Assembly (NCBI GenBank): GCA_049323295.1
Contig: JBMOON010000050.1
Coordinates: 344,790 to 408,789, forward strand
Source of the DNA: Pseudomonadota bacterium
Lineage (GTDB): Bacteria; Pseudomonadota; Gammaproteobacteria; Pseudomonadales; JADFDG01
Reading direction: 5' to 3'
Length of the DNA stretch: 64,000 nucleotides
Shown: one piece after another, positions 10,349-18,349 of the stretch
How positions within the stretch are numbered: position 1 is the first letter of the stretch
How the letters are laid out: each line of letters opens with the position of its first letter
The notes under the pieces: model-generated
Database searches by the model: none
Told to the model about the DNA's origin: nothing
Seen by the model: only the letters and a program-made list of their open reading frames with translations
Made by a program: the position numbers and the translations under genes

Positions 10349-12956
10349 CCTTCTTTCGCCGTGCGATGCCGGTGGCGCTGATGGCGCTCATCGTGACTGC
10401 CGCCAGGAACGGCGTCGACTGGATGACGAGCACCGCGACCCAGAGCTGGACGTCCGTGGTGCCGGCATCCTGGCGCATCGCAACGCCGGCGGCGCTGGCG
10501 ACCAGCAGCAGGAACAGGACGAGTTCTTCGCGTGCCAGCACCAGGGCGGCCCACAGGGTGTCCCGATCCTTCAGTTTCGGCGTGCGCAGGAACGGCATCG
10601 AGCGCGTGACCAGCCCGTACAGCACTGCGCGGGCGATGGTGTAGGAGAGCGCCAGCCCGGCAAAGGCGGCCGCCAGCGAGGAAAAGCGGTCGGCACCGAC
10701 GCGCCGGCGGTAAAGGAACCACAGCTTGGCCAGCTTGAAGAAAAACAGGGCCAGCGGCGGAATCGCGAAGACCGCCAGCGGCGGATCGAAACGCTGCGGG
10801 AAGAAAATCATGCACGCCGACCACAGGATGGCGCCGGCTGTGAACACCAGGTTGAAACCGTCTGCCAGCCACGGCAGCCAGCCGCCGACGAAGTGGTAGC
10901 GTTGCCCCGGCGTGAGGGCGGTGCCCTGGCCGCGGAACAGGGCGCGGGCATGCCGGCGCAGGATCTGCATCGCGCCGTAGGCCCAGCGGAAGCGCTGCTT
11001 CTGGTAGTCGACGCAGTTGTCGGGTATCAGGCCGCGGCCGTAGCTCTGCTCGACATAGGCTGCTTCGTGGCCGCGCTCGAAGATGCGCAGCCCGAGTTCG
11101 GCGTCCTCGGTGATGCACCACTCGGCCCAGCCGCCGACTTCCTCCAGCACCGTGCGCCGGACCATCGTCATGGTGCCGTGCTGGATGATCGCGTTGCGGT
11201 CGTTGCGCGTCACCATGCCGATGTGGAAGAACCCCTTGTATTCGGCATGGCACATTTCCTTGAACAGGTTCTCGTCGCCGTCGCGGTAATCCTGCGGCGC
11301 CTGCACGATGGCGATTTCCGGGCGCGCGAAATGCGGCACGAGGTGCGCCAGCCAGTCGTGGCGAACCTGGTAATCGCTGTCGATCACGGCCACCACTTCG
11401 GCATCGTCCGCCGTGTTGCGCAGGGCGAAATTAAGCGCGCCGGCCTTGAAGCCGGCCAGCGGAGAGACGTGGAAGAAGCGGAACTTTCCGCCGTGTGTCG
11501 CGTTCAGCCGCGCGCAGTGCGCCTGTACCGGTTCCCACACCGCCGGATCGCGGGTGTTGTTGTCGATGACCAGCACTTCGAAGTTGTCCCAGTCCAGGGC
11601 GGCCAGCGCGTCCAGGGTGCCGATCACCATGTCCGGCGGTTCGTTGTAGCAGGGCACGTGGATCGACACTTTCGGCCGGAACGACGGATCGTCAGCGATC
11701 ACCTGCGAAAAGTCGCGGCGTCGTTTGCGCACCCAGACGGCTTCCGCCCACTCGTGGGCCTCGACCAGCAGCACCAGCATCACGCCCAGCGCACTGACGG
11801 CGAGCAGGAAACCGAGGAACAGCACGCCGATCGTCACGTACTGGTCGAAGTAGGCGTTGGCCATCCAGACCAGCGTGGTGGTGCTGGCGAAGGCGACGAC
11901 GGCGAGGAAACTCAACGCCCGCTTGCGCAGCATCTGCGCATCGCTGAGCAGGACGAGGAAGGTGAGGATCGCGAAGGCGATCGACAGCGAGACCAGCCAG
12001 CGCCAGTCGGGAATTTCGACGATCGGTCCGTGCAGCGGGAATTTCTGTTGCCGGTAGACGTCCCATACGCCCCAGTAGGCACCGACCGAGCCTTCGTTCA
12101 CCGATTTCCACGGCTGATCGAACGCTTCCATGATGAAGTAGTCGAGATTCTTCTTTTCGGCACGGGGCAGGAAGTTGCGCAGGAAGCGTGCTTCGTCGCT
12201 GACCGTGGCCTCGGCATCGCCGACTTCCCGGCCGCGGCTCGGCCAGCCGACCTCGGCCAGCAGCAGCGGTTTGTCCGGGAATGCCTTCGTCATCGCCAGG
12301 TGGATGCCGAAGATGTATTCGTTCGCCGTGTCCAGCCGCTCGCCCTGCCAGTAGGGCAGGAAATGCGCGGCGATGAAGTCGCTCTCGCGGGCCAGCGCCG
12401 GATGCTGGTTCCACAGGTGCCAGGGTTCGGCGGTCGATACCGGCACCCGGACCCGGGCCCGCACGTAGCGCACGTACTCCACGAGCTTCTCGACGCTCAG
12501 TTCGCGCCGCAGGAGAACCTCGTTGCCGACGATCACCCGGTCGACGTTCGGGCTGGCGTTGACGATCCGGATCAGGCGGTCGATTTCCAGCGCGTTCTGC
12601 ACGTAGTCGCCGGACAGCCAGGCACCCACGGTCACCTGCATGCCGACGCCGGCGGCGATTTCCGGGATGTCGCCGAGCACGCCGGCCACCGAATAGGTGC
12701 GGATCTTCCGGGTCTGGGACGACAGCAGGACCAGGTCCTCGCGGATTTCCTCCCGCGACGGGTGCAGGTCGTGCAGCGGGTCCTGCCCGTCGCGGTAGGG
12801 CGAATAGGCGTAGCCGGCCACCCGGTCGGGCCAGTCGGGCTCGATCATCGGCCGGTTGAGGATGGCCCAGAGGCCGAGCGTGATCGCCGACAGGGCGAGC
12901 AGCACGAACAGGGTCGGGAGGAAACGGAGGGCGCGTTGCGGCATGGCGCGGATCAT
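10302..12956 (-). CDS. Bifunctional GH17 glucanase/transglycosylase - family 2 glycosyltransferase membrane protein (NdvB-like beta-glucan synthase)
   Basis: Track ORF 10302..13823(-) trimmed to MIRAMPQRALRF (ATG at 12954-12956; alternative ATG at 12944). The N-terminal TM is followed by a GH17-like domain (VIVGNEVLLR, LLLAEVGWPS), then 3 TMs, then a GT2 domain (VPCYNEPP, VIDSDY, TEDAELG, QRFRWAYG, the processive Q-x-x-R-W motif), then C-terminal TMs. Confidence 0.85.
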   Translation of the reverse strand: MIRAMPQRALRFLPTLFVLLALSAITLGLWAILNRPMIEPDWPDRVAGYAYSPYRDGQDPLHDLHPSREEIREDLVLLSSQTRKIRTYSVAGVLGDIPEIAAGVGMQVTVGAWLSGDYVQNALEIDRLIRIVNASPNVDRVIVGNEVLLRRELSVEKLVEYVRYVRARVRVPVSTAEPWHLWNQHPALARESDFIAAHFLPYWQGERLDTANEYIFGIHLAMTKAFPDKPLLLAEVGWPSRGREVGDAEATVSDEARFLRNFLPRAEKKNLDYFIMEAFDQPWKSVNEGSVGAYWGVWDVYRQQKFPLHGPIVEIPDWRWLVSLSIAFAILTFLVLLSDAQMLRKRALSFLAVVAFASTTTLVWMANAYFDQYVTIGVLFLGFLLAVSALGVMLVLLVEAHEWAEAVWVRKRRRDFSQVIADDPSFRPKVSIHVPCYNEPPDMVIGTLDALAALDWDNFEVLVIDNNTRDPAVWEPVQAHCARLNATHGGKFRFFHVSPLAGFKAGALNFALRNTADDAEVVAVIDSDYQVRHDWLAHLVPHFARPEIAIVQAPQDYRDGDENLFKEMCHAEYKGFFHIGMVTRNDRNAIIQHGTMTMVRRTVLEEVGGWAEWCITEDAELGLRIFERGHEAAYVEQSYGRGLIPDNCVDYQKQRFRWAYGAMQILRRHARALFRGQGTALTPGQRYHFVGGWLPWLADGFNLVFTAGAILWSACMIFFPQRFDPPLAVFAIPPLALFFFKLAKLWFLYRRRVGADRFSSLAAAFAGLALSYTIARAVLYGLVTRSMPFLRTPKLKDRDTLWAALVLAREELVLFLLLVASAAGVAMRQDAGTTDVQLWVAVLVIQSTPFLAAVTMSAISATGIARRKKVSAAAADSAADRPSA

Positions 12957-12986
12957 ATAATGCCGGCTTCGCTGCCGGAGTGAGCC

Positions 12987-13676
12987 ATGTCCCAGGACCA
13001 GCCCCGTTTCCTGATTGCCCCGTCGATCCTGTCCGCCGATTTCGCGCGACTGGGTGCCGAAGTCGATGCCGTGCTGGCCGCCGGCGCCGACATCGTCCAC
13101 TTCGACGTGATGGACAACCACTACGTGCCCAACCTCACCATCGGCCCGATGGTCTGCCGGGCCCTGCGCAAGCACGGGGTGACGGCGCCGATCGACGTGC
13201 ACCTGATGGTGCGGCCGGTCGACCGGCTGATCGGCGATTTCATCGAGGCCGGCGCCAGCTGGATCAGTTTCCATCCTGAAGCGTCCGACCATGTCGACCG
13301 TTCGCTGCAGCTGATCCGCAGCGGCGGCTGCAAGGCCGGTCTGGTGCTCAATCCGGCGACGCCGGTCACCCACCTCGAGCACGTGTACGACAAGCTCGAT
13401 TTCGTGCTGCTGATGAGCGTCAACCCCGGTTTCGGCGGCCAGGCCTTCATTCCGTCGACGCTGCCGAAACTGAAGAAGGTCCGACAGCTGCTCGATGCCA
13501 GCGGTCACGACATCCGGCTGGAAGTCGACGGCGGCGTCAGCGAGAAGAACATCCGCGAGATCGCGGCGGCCGGCGCCGACACCTTCGTGGCCGGTTCGGC
13601 GATTTTCGGCAAGCCGGACTACGCGGCAGTGGTGCGCGCGATGCGCGACGAACTGGCCCGCGTGCAGGTACGGTAG
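12987..13676 (+). CDS. rpe: Ribulose-phosphate 3-epimerase
   Basis: 229 aa. [30 protein letters not shown] and [10 protein letters not shown] are canonical Rpe motifs. GGAG lies upstream of the ATG. Confidence 0.95.
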   Translation: MSQDQPRFLIAPSILSADFARLGAEVDAVLAAGADIVHFDVMDNHYVPNLTIGPMVCRALRKHGVTAPIDVHLMVRPVDRLIGDFIEAGASWISFHPEASDHVDRSLQLIRSGGCKAGLVLNPATPVTHLEHVYDKLDFVLLMSVNPGFGGQAFIPSTLPKLKKVRQLLDASGHDIRLEVDGGVSEKNIREIAAAGADTFVAGSAIFGKPDYAAVVRAMRDELARVQVR

Positions 13677-13683
13677 CGGCGGC

Positions 13684-14043
13684 ATGGGGGCAAGGCCGGA
13701 GCTGAAGATCCGGGCGCGGATCACCGTCGGCGAGGAAATCGCCTTCGGACCCGGCAAGGCGGAGTTGCTGGCGGCCATAGCCGACTGCGGATCCATATCC
13801 GCCGCCGGCCGGCAGCTGGGCATGAGTTACCGGCGCGCCTGGCTGCTGGTCGACACCATGAACCGTTGTTTCCGCGAACCGCTGGTGCTGGCCGCCACCG
13901 GCGGCCGGCAGGGCGGCGGTGCGCAGCTCTCGCCGCTGGGCGAGGCGGTACTCGCGCAGTACCGGGCGCTGCAGTCCGACATCGAGCGCGCGGCGGCACC
14001 GCACTTCACGGCGCTGAAGAAGTCGCTGCTCCGTTCGCCATAG
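13684..14043 (+). CDS. ModE N-terminal-domain-only winged-HTH protein (no Mop/TOBE domains)
   Basis: In-frame ATG at 13684 within track ORF 13495..14043. The product contains GPGKAELLAAIADCGSISAAGRQLGMSYRRAWLLVDTMN, which matches the ModE/LysR-type HTH. It is only 119 aa and lies next to modCBA. Confidence 0.7.
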   Translation: MGARPELKIRARITVGEEIAFGPGKAELLAAIADCGSISAAGRQLGMSYRRAWLLVDTMNRCFREPLVLAATGGRQGGGAQLSPLGEAVLAQYRALQSDIERAAAPHFTALKKSLLRSP

Positions 14044-14686
14044 CGCTTTCGCCGACGAATTTTCCGTTGCGCAGGTAAACGATGTCGCCGGTCAGGTAGC
14101 GGATTTCCCGCATGTCGTGGCTGACGTAGCAGATCGGCAGTTGCGTTTCGTCACGGATGCGGCGCAGGAACGGCAGGATCTGTTCCTTCAGGCGTTCGTC
14201 CAGCGAGGCCAGCGGTTCGTCGAGCAGCAGCAGGCGCGGCGAGAACAATACGGCGCGTCCCAGTGCCACCCGCTGCTTCTCGCCGCCCGAGAGCTGGTGC
14301 GGCCGGCGTTCCAGCAACGGCTCGATTTCCAGCATCCGGGCGATTTCCGGCAGGGTGAAATGCCGCTGCGCGGCGGTACGCCGGCGAAAACCGTAGAGCA
14401 GGTTCTGCTGCACGGAAAGGTGCGGAAACAGGCGTGCATCCTGGAAAACGATGCCGATCTGCCGTCGTTCCGGCGGCAGGAAGATGCCGCGTGCGCAATC
14501 GACCAGCGGCGTGCTGTCGAGCAGGATCCGGCCGCGCTGCGGTGCCAGCAGGCCGGCGATCAGCGCGAACAGCGTGCTCTTGCCGGAGCCGGAAGGGCCG
14601 AAGATGCCGGTGACCGGCGCCTGCAGTTCGGCCTGCACGGCGAGCCGGAAATCGTGGCGGGCGAATTCGACGTCAAGCGTCAGCAT
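14006..14686 (-). CDS. modC: Molybdate ABC transporter ATP-binding protein, short form lacking C-terminal TOBE domain
   Basis: 226 aa with Walker A GPSGSGKST, signature LSGGEKQRV and Walker B LLLLDEP. It is the last gene of modA-modB-modC, and its start overlaps the end of modB. Confidence 0.85.
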   Translation of the reverse strand: MLTLDVEFARHDFRLAVQAELQAPVTGIFGPSGSGKSTLFALIAGLLAPQRGRILLDSTPLVDCARGIFLPPERRQIGIVFQDARLFPHLSVQQNLLYGFRRRTAAQRHFTLPEIARMLEIEPLLERRPHQLSGGEKQRVALGRAVLFSPRLLLLDEPLASLDERLKEQILPFLRRIRDETQLPICYVSHDMREIRYLTGDIVYLRNGKFVGESAMANGAATSSAP

Positions 14687-15386
14687 GGCGTTCGTAACCG
14701 AGACGTTGCGTGGCGCGCCGCGACAGCCAGTTGCTGGCCAGCAGCGACAGGAAGGCGATGACGATCGACAGCGTGACCAGCCGCAGCGCCATCGCGTCGC
14801 CGTCCGGCACGTGCAGGCTGGAATAGATGGCCAGCGGCAGGGTGCGCGTTTCGCCCTCGATGTTGCCGACGAAGGTGATGGTGGCGCCGAACTCGCCGAG
14901 ACTGCGGCTGAAGGCCAGCAGGGCGCCGATCAGTACGCCGGGCAGCGCCAGCGGCAGGGTGATGGTACGGAAGGTGTCGAACGGCGAGGCGCCGAGCGTG
15001 CGCGCGGCGTTTTCCAGCCGGCGATCGATCATCTGCAGCGCGAGCCGGATCGGTTGTACCAGCAGGGGAAAACCCATCACCGCCGATGCCAGCACCGCGC
15101 CTTTCCAGTCGAACACGAACGAGATTCCGAAGCTGTCGTGCAGCCAGCCGCCGAGCGCGCCCTGGTGTCCGAACAGCAACAGCAGCAGGTAGCCGGGAAC
15201 CACTGGCGGCAACACCATCGGCAGGTGCACCAGCGCATCGAACGCCGCCTTGCCCGGAAACTCGCGACGCGCCAGCAGCCAGGCGACGGCGATGGCCGGC
15301 AGCAGGCTGGCGACGGTGCACCAGAAGGCCACTTTCAGCGACAGGGCGAGGGCCGTCCATTCGGCCGGCGTAAGTGTCCAGTTCAT
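14673..15386 (-). CDS. modB: Molybdate ABC transporter permease
   Basis: Track ORF 14673..15671(-) trimmed to MNWTLTPAEWTALALSLKVAF (ATG at 15384-15386). It has the ABC permease EAA-like loop (AARTLGASPFDTFRTITLPLA). Its ATGA start overlaps the modA stop. Confidence 0.9.
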   Translation of the reverse strand: MNWTLTPAEWTALALSLKVAFWCTVASLLPAIAVAWLLARREFPGKAAFDALVHLPMVLPPVVPGYLLLLLFGHQGALGGWLHDSFGISFVFDWKGAVLASAVMGFPLLVQPIRLALQMIDRRLENAARTLGASPFDTFRTITLPLALPGVLIGALLAFSRSLGEFGATITFVGNIEGETRTLPLAIYSSLHVPDGDAMALRLVTLSIVIAFLSLLASNWLSRRATQRLGYERHADA

Positions 15387-16144
15387 GGGGCCGGCGTGAA
15401 TCCGTGGCGATTGAAAACGGCGCGCGCTGCCGCGCTGTCGAGATGACGGAAGAACTCGCGTGCGGCCGGTGTTGCCGCCGGCAGCAGGGCGACCGGGTAA
15501 ACGATCGGCGCGTGACTGCCGGCGGGGAATTCGCCGATCACCGAAACCCGGCGGCTGACCCTGGCGTCGGTGCGGTAGACGATGCCGCGCCGGCATTCGC
15601 CGCGTTCGACGAATGCCAGCGCCGTGCGCACGTCCTCGGTGCCCACGAGGCGTTGTTTCAAGCCATTCCACCAGCCCAGTTTCTGCAGCGCCTGTTTTGC
15701 ATGGATGCCGACCGGCACGCTGGCCGGATCGCCGGTGCAGAGGCGCCCGGCGAATGAAGCCGGCAGATCGAAGCCGGGTTGCAGTTCCGTTGCCGTGGCC
15801 TGTCCGTCCGGCGCGATCAGGACCAGCGCGTTGCCCAGCAGGTCGTGCCGCGAGTCGCGTGCCAGAAGGTTGCGTTCCTGCAGATGGTCCATCCAGTTGC
15901 GGTCGGCGGATACGAAGATCTGCGCCGGCGCGCCGTTCCCGATCTGTTTGGCCAGCGTGCCCGAACCGGCAAACGACAATCTCACGTCGATGTCGTGTTC
16001 CTTTTCGTACGCCGCGGCAATTTCACCCAGCGCATCGGTAAGGCTGGCGGCCGCGTACACGGTGACGGTTTCCGCCGCGGCCGGGCATGCCGACAGCAGC
16101 AGGAGCGTTGCCGGGAGCAGGAGCTGCCGGCCGGGGATCGGCAT
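15383..16144 (-). CDS. modA: Molybdate-binding periplasmic protein
   Basis: 253 aa. A signal peptide is followed by VTVYAAASLTDALGEIAAAYEK and SFAGSGTLAKQI, typical of ModA. Confidence 0.9.
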   Translation of the reverse strand: MPIPGRQLLLPATLLLLSACPAAAETVTVYAAASLTDALGEIAAAYEKEHDIDVRLSFAGSGTLAKQIGNGAPAQIFVSADRNWMDHLQERNLLARDSRHDLLGNALVLIAPDGQATATELQPGFDLPASFAGRLCTGDPASVPVGIHAKQALQKLGWWNGLKQRLVGTEDVRTALAFVERGECRRGIVYRTDARVSRRVSVIGEFPAGSHAPIVYPVALLPAATPAAREFFRHLDSAAARAVFNRHGFTPAP

Positions 16145-16169
16145 GGGAGGATCCGGTGGGAGTTCGTTG

Positions 16170-16186
16170 TATATGTTTGGATATAT
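16170..16186. promoter_or_regulatory. Candidate ModE operator (TATAT-N7-TATAT) upstream of modA
   Basis: The sequence tatatgtttggatatat lies 26-42 nt upstream of the modA start codon, in an unusually AT-rich patch. It fits the E. coli ModE consensus TATAT-N7-TAYAT as I recall it. Confidence 0.45.
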
Positions 16187-16233
16187 CGTGGCGGGCCGTC
16201 AACGGCCTGCGGACCCGACGGGTCCGGCACGGT

Positions 16234-16911
16234 ATGATCCGCGCCGCCATGACCTTCCCGACGTTTTCCGCCCTGTTGTTCGATCTCGACGGCACGCTGG
16301 TCGATTCGGTGCCGGACATCGCGCTGGCCGTCGACCGCACGCTGGCCGACCTCGGCCGCACGACGGCCGGCGAGGAGCTCGTGCGCGGCTGGGTCGGCAA
16401 CGGCGGCCGCATGCTGGTGCGGCGCCTGCTGGCCGGCGAAATCACGGGCGTGCCCGATGACCACCCGCTGTTGCCGCGGGCGATGGAGATCTTCTTCGCC
16501 CATTACGACGACACCAACGGCCGGGCTTCGCGCCTGTATCCGGGCGTGGCGGAGGCGCTCGCCGGCTTTGCCGCCCGCGGCCTGCCGATGGCGGTGGTCA
16601 CCAACAAGCCGCAGCGTTTCGTGGCGCCGCTGTTCGACGTGCTGGGCATACGGCATCGCTTTTCGTTGCTCATCGGCGGCGACACGCTGCCGGTGAAGAA
16701 GCCCGACCCCGCGCCGTTGCGGCTGGCCTGCGGGCAACTCGGCGCGGCACCGGCCGCGACGCTGATGGTCGGCGATTCGCGCAACGACATCGAGGCGGCG
16801 CGCGCCGCCGGTTGTCCGGTGGTGGCGGTGGATTACGGTTACAACTACGGACGGCCGATCGCCGACGAACGTCCGGATCGTGTCGTGTCCGATCTGCGGG
16901 AGTTGCTCTAG
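16234..16911 (+). CDS. gph: Phosphoglycolate phosphatase (HAD superfamily)
   Basis: The HAD motif I LLFDLDGTLVDS and later motifs (VTNKP, VGDSRNDIEAARAAG) are present. The start is uncertain between ATG 16234 and ATG 16249; the track ORF begins at 16087. Confidence 0.85.
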   Translation: MIRAAMTFPTFSALLFDLDGTLVDSVPDIALAVDRTLADLGRTTAGEELVRGWVGNGGRMLVRRLLAGEITGVPDDHPLLPRAMEIFFAHYDDTNGRASRLYPGVAEALAGFAARGLPMAVVTNKPQRFVAPLFDVLGIRHRFSLLIGGDTLPVKKPDPAPLRLACGQLGAAPAATLMVGDSRNDIEAARAAGCPVVAVDYGYNYGRPIADERPDRVVSDLRELL

Positions 16912-16927
16912 CCGCGGCGCGGCCCCG

Positions 16928-16955
16928 AAAAAACCGCGGCGCCCGGAGGCGCCGC
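16928..16955 (-). terminator. Rho-independent terminator of the secreted-protein gene
   Basis: Stem gcggcgcc (16936-16943), loop cgga, stem ggcgccgc (16948-16955). An A6 run at 16928-16933 gives a T-run on the minus strand. It lies 22 nt after the stop at 16977. Confidence 0.6.
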
Positions 16956-16976
16956 AGTGTCATCGCGGGAGCGGAT

Positions 16977-18032
16977 TCAGGGGCGAATCCAGACGATGTC
17001 CTCGCCGGTGATCGGCGTGCCGTCGAACAGCGTGCCGGTCAGCGGCAGCGTCACTTCGTCGTCCACGGCCACCGGGGCGATGGCGTCGAGGATCTGCTGT
17101 GCGTCGAACTTCAGCGTGAGGTCGACGATGCCGTCGCCGCCGGCAGCAGTGCAGTCGTGGCGGCCCTGCTTGCCGGTCACCGGTTCATGCGGCGTCGCGA
17201 CATCGGCGAAGGCATGACGCAGCGGCGCTACGCCCGCCAGCCGCACGCTGGCCGGATCGATGCCGGTGGCGGCGAAGGCGGCAGTGCCGTTGACGGCGAC
17301 CGGCAGCACGCCGTTCTTCGCCAGGCCGAGTGCATTGGGGCAGCTGCCCGGCTTGATGTCGACGGCCACCGGTACGTCGGTGGCCGGCGCATTCGGCGCG
17401 TCGACGACATCGATCTGGTACTGCTCGCCGTAGTCGTTGTCGTGGAAGAGCACGAGCGACAGATTGTTCGTGTCCAGGGCGATGGGGTGCAGGTAGGAGA
17501 TCGTGGTCGTGTTCATCGTGCCCTCGGTGTAGGTCGAGGTCGCGTTGAACTCATAGTGCACGGTGAAGCTGTAGGTGCCGCCTACCGGCGGATAGCCCAC
17601 GTTGAAGCCGAGGGTGGTGGCGTAATAGAAGCTGCCGGCATGCGTGCCCAGGTCGGGCATTGCGCCGGCGCCCAGTGCGCCGTTGAAGTCTTCGCCCGGG
17701 GCAAGGACGATTGCATTGACGCCGTCGCTGATGGCGAAGATCGGGTTGGAGTCGTCGCCGCATCCGAAGGCGCAGGCGAGGCGGGTCATGTCGAGCCGGA
17801 GATCGAGGGTGTTGCCGTCGAGAAACGACGACACCGGCAGGGAAATCATTTTCTGGTAGGCGTACTGGCCGCTGGCCGGGCCGACCACCAGCGAAGTGCC
17901 GTTGAGGGTGACGCCGCCGGTGGGGAAGGTACCCTGTGCCAGGATGTCGGCGCCGGTCAGGGTGGCGGCCTGGGTGGCCGGGGCGCACAGGCACAGGGCC
18001 AGTGTCGCCGCGCGCAGTCGTTGCACGAGCAT
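16977..18032 (-). CDS. Secreted hypothetical protein (signal peptide; Cys-containing beta-rich C-terminal module)
   Basis: Track ORF 16977..18332(-) trimmed to the ATG at 18030-18032, which is preceded by AAGGAG. The product starts MLVQRLRAATLALCLCAPATQA (signal peptide). I recognise no family for the N-terminal 220 aa. It has its own terminator. Confidence 0.75.
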   Translation of the reverse strand: MLVQRLRAATLALCLCAPATQAATLTGADILAQGTFPTGGVTLNGTSLVVGPASGQYAYQKMISLPVSSFLDGNTLDLRLDMTRLACAFGCGDDSNPIFAISDGVNAIVLAPGEDFNGALGAGAMPDLGTHAGSFYYATTLGFNVGYPPVGGTYSFTVHYEFNATSTYTEGTMNTTTISYLHPIALDTNNLSLVLFHDNDYGEQYQIDVVDAPNAPATDVPVAVDIKPGSCPNALGLAKNGVLPVAVNGTAAFAATGIDPASVRLAGVAPLRHAFADVATPHEPVTGKQGRHDCTAAGGDGIVDLTLKFDAQQILDAIAPVAVDDEVTLPLTGTLFDGTPITGEDIVWIRP

Positions 18033-18187
18033 GGGAACTCCTTGTTCTGTCTTTGTTGTTCCGGGGTGTACTGCCCGCCGGGCATGGCGGCGGCGGGACT
18101 CTAGCAGGTGCCGCCGGCGACCGCACTTGGCGGGTTCCCGGCCGGCGGGTACCATGACCGCTCTTTCCCCGCACCCGACTTTTTCCC

Positions 18188-18235
18188 ATGAACCTCGCAA
18201 GCAGGGCCCTGATCGACACGCGATGGCGCTGGTGA
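18188..18235 (+). promoter_or_regulatory. Candidate trp operon leader peptide MNLASRALIDTRWRW
   Basis: A 15-codon ORF with two Trp codons in its last three positions ends 114 nt upstream of trpE. GC-rich pairing segments and three CGAGG repeats follow it. There is no clear SD and no clear U-tract terminator. Confidence 0.5.
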
Positions 18236-18349
18236 CGCCAGCCCCGCGGCTGCCCGGCTCCGGCCGGCCCCGCCGCACCTTTCGCGCCTGCCGTTCGACC
18301 TGCTGATCCGAGGCTTCCCTGCGAGGCCTCACTGCCCGAGGTTCTTGCC

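Noticed and set aside
14006-14686. modC as a truncated pseudogene.
   Set aside because: The ABC core is intact, with all motifs and a clean stop. The DNA downstream is occupied by the convergent modE-like gene rather than by TOBE-coding remnants. I therefore treat it as a natural short form; see the finding on the molybdate locus.
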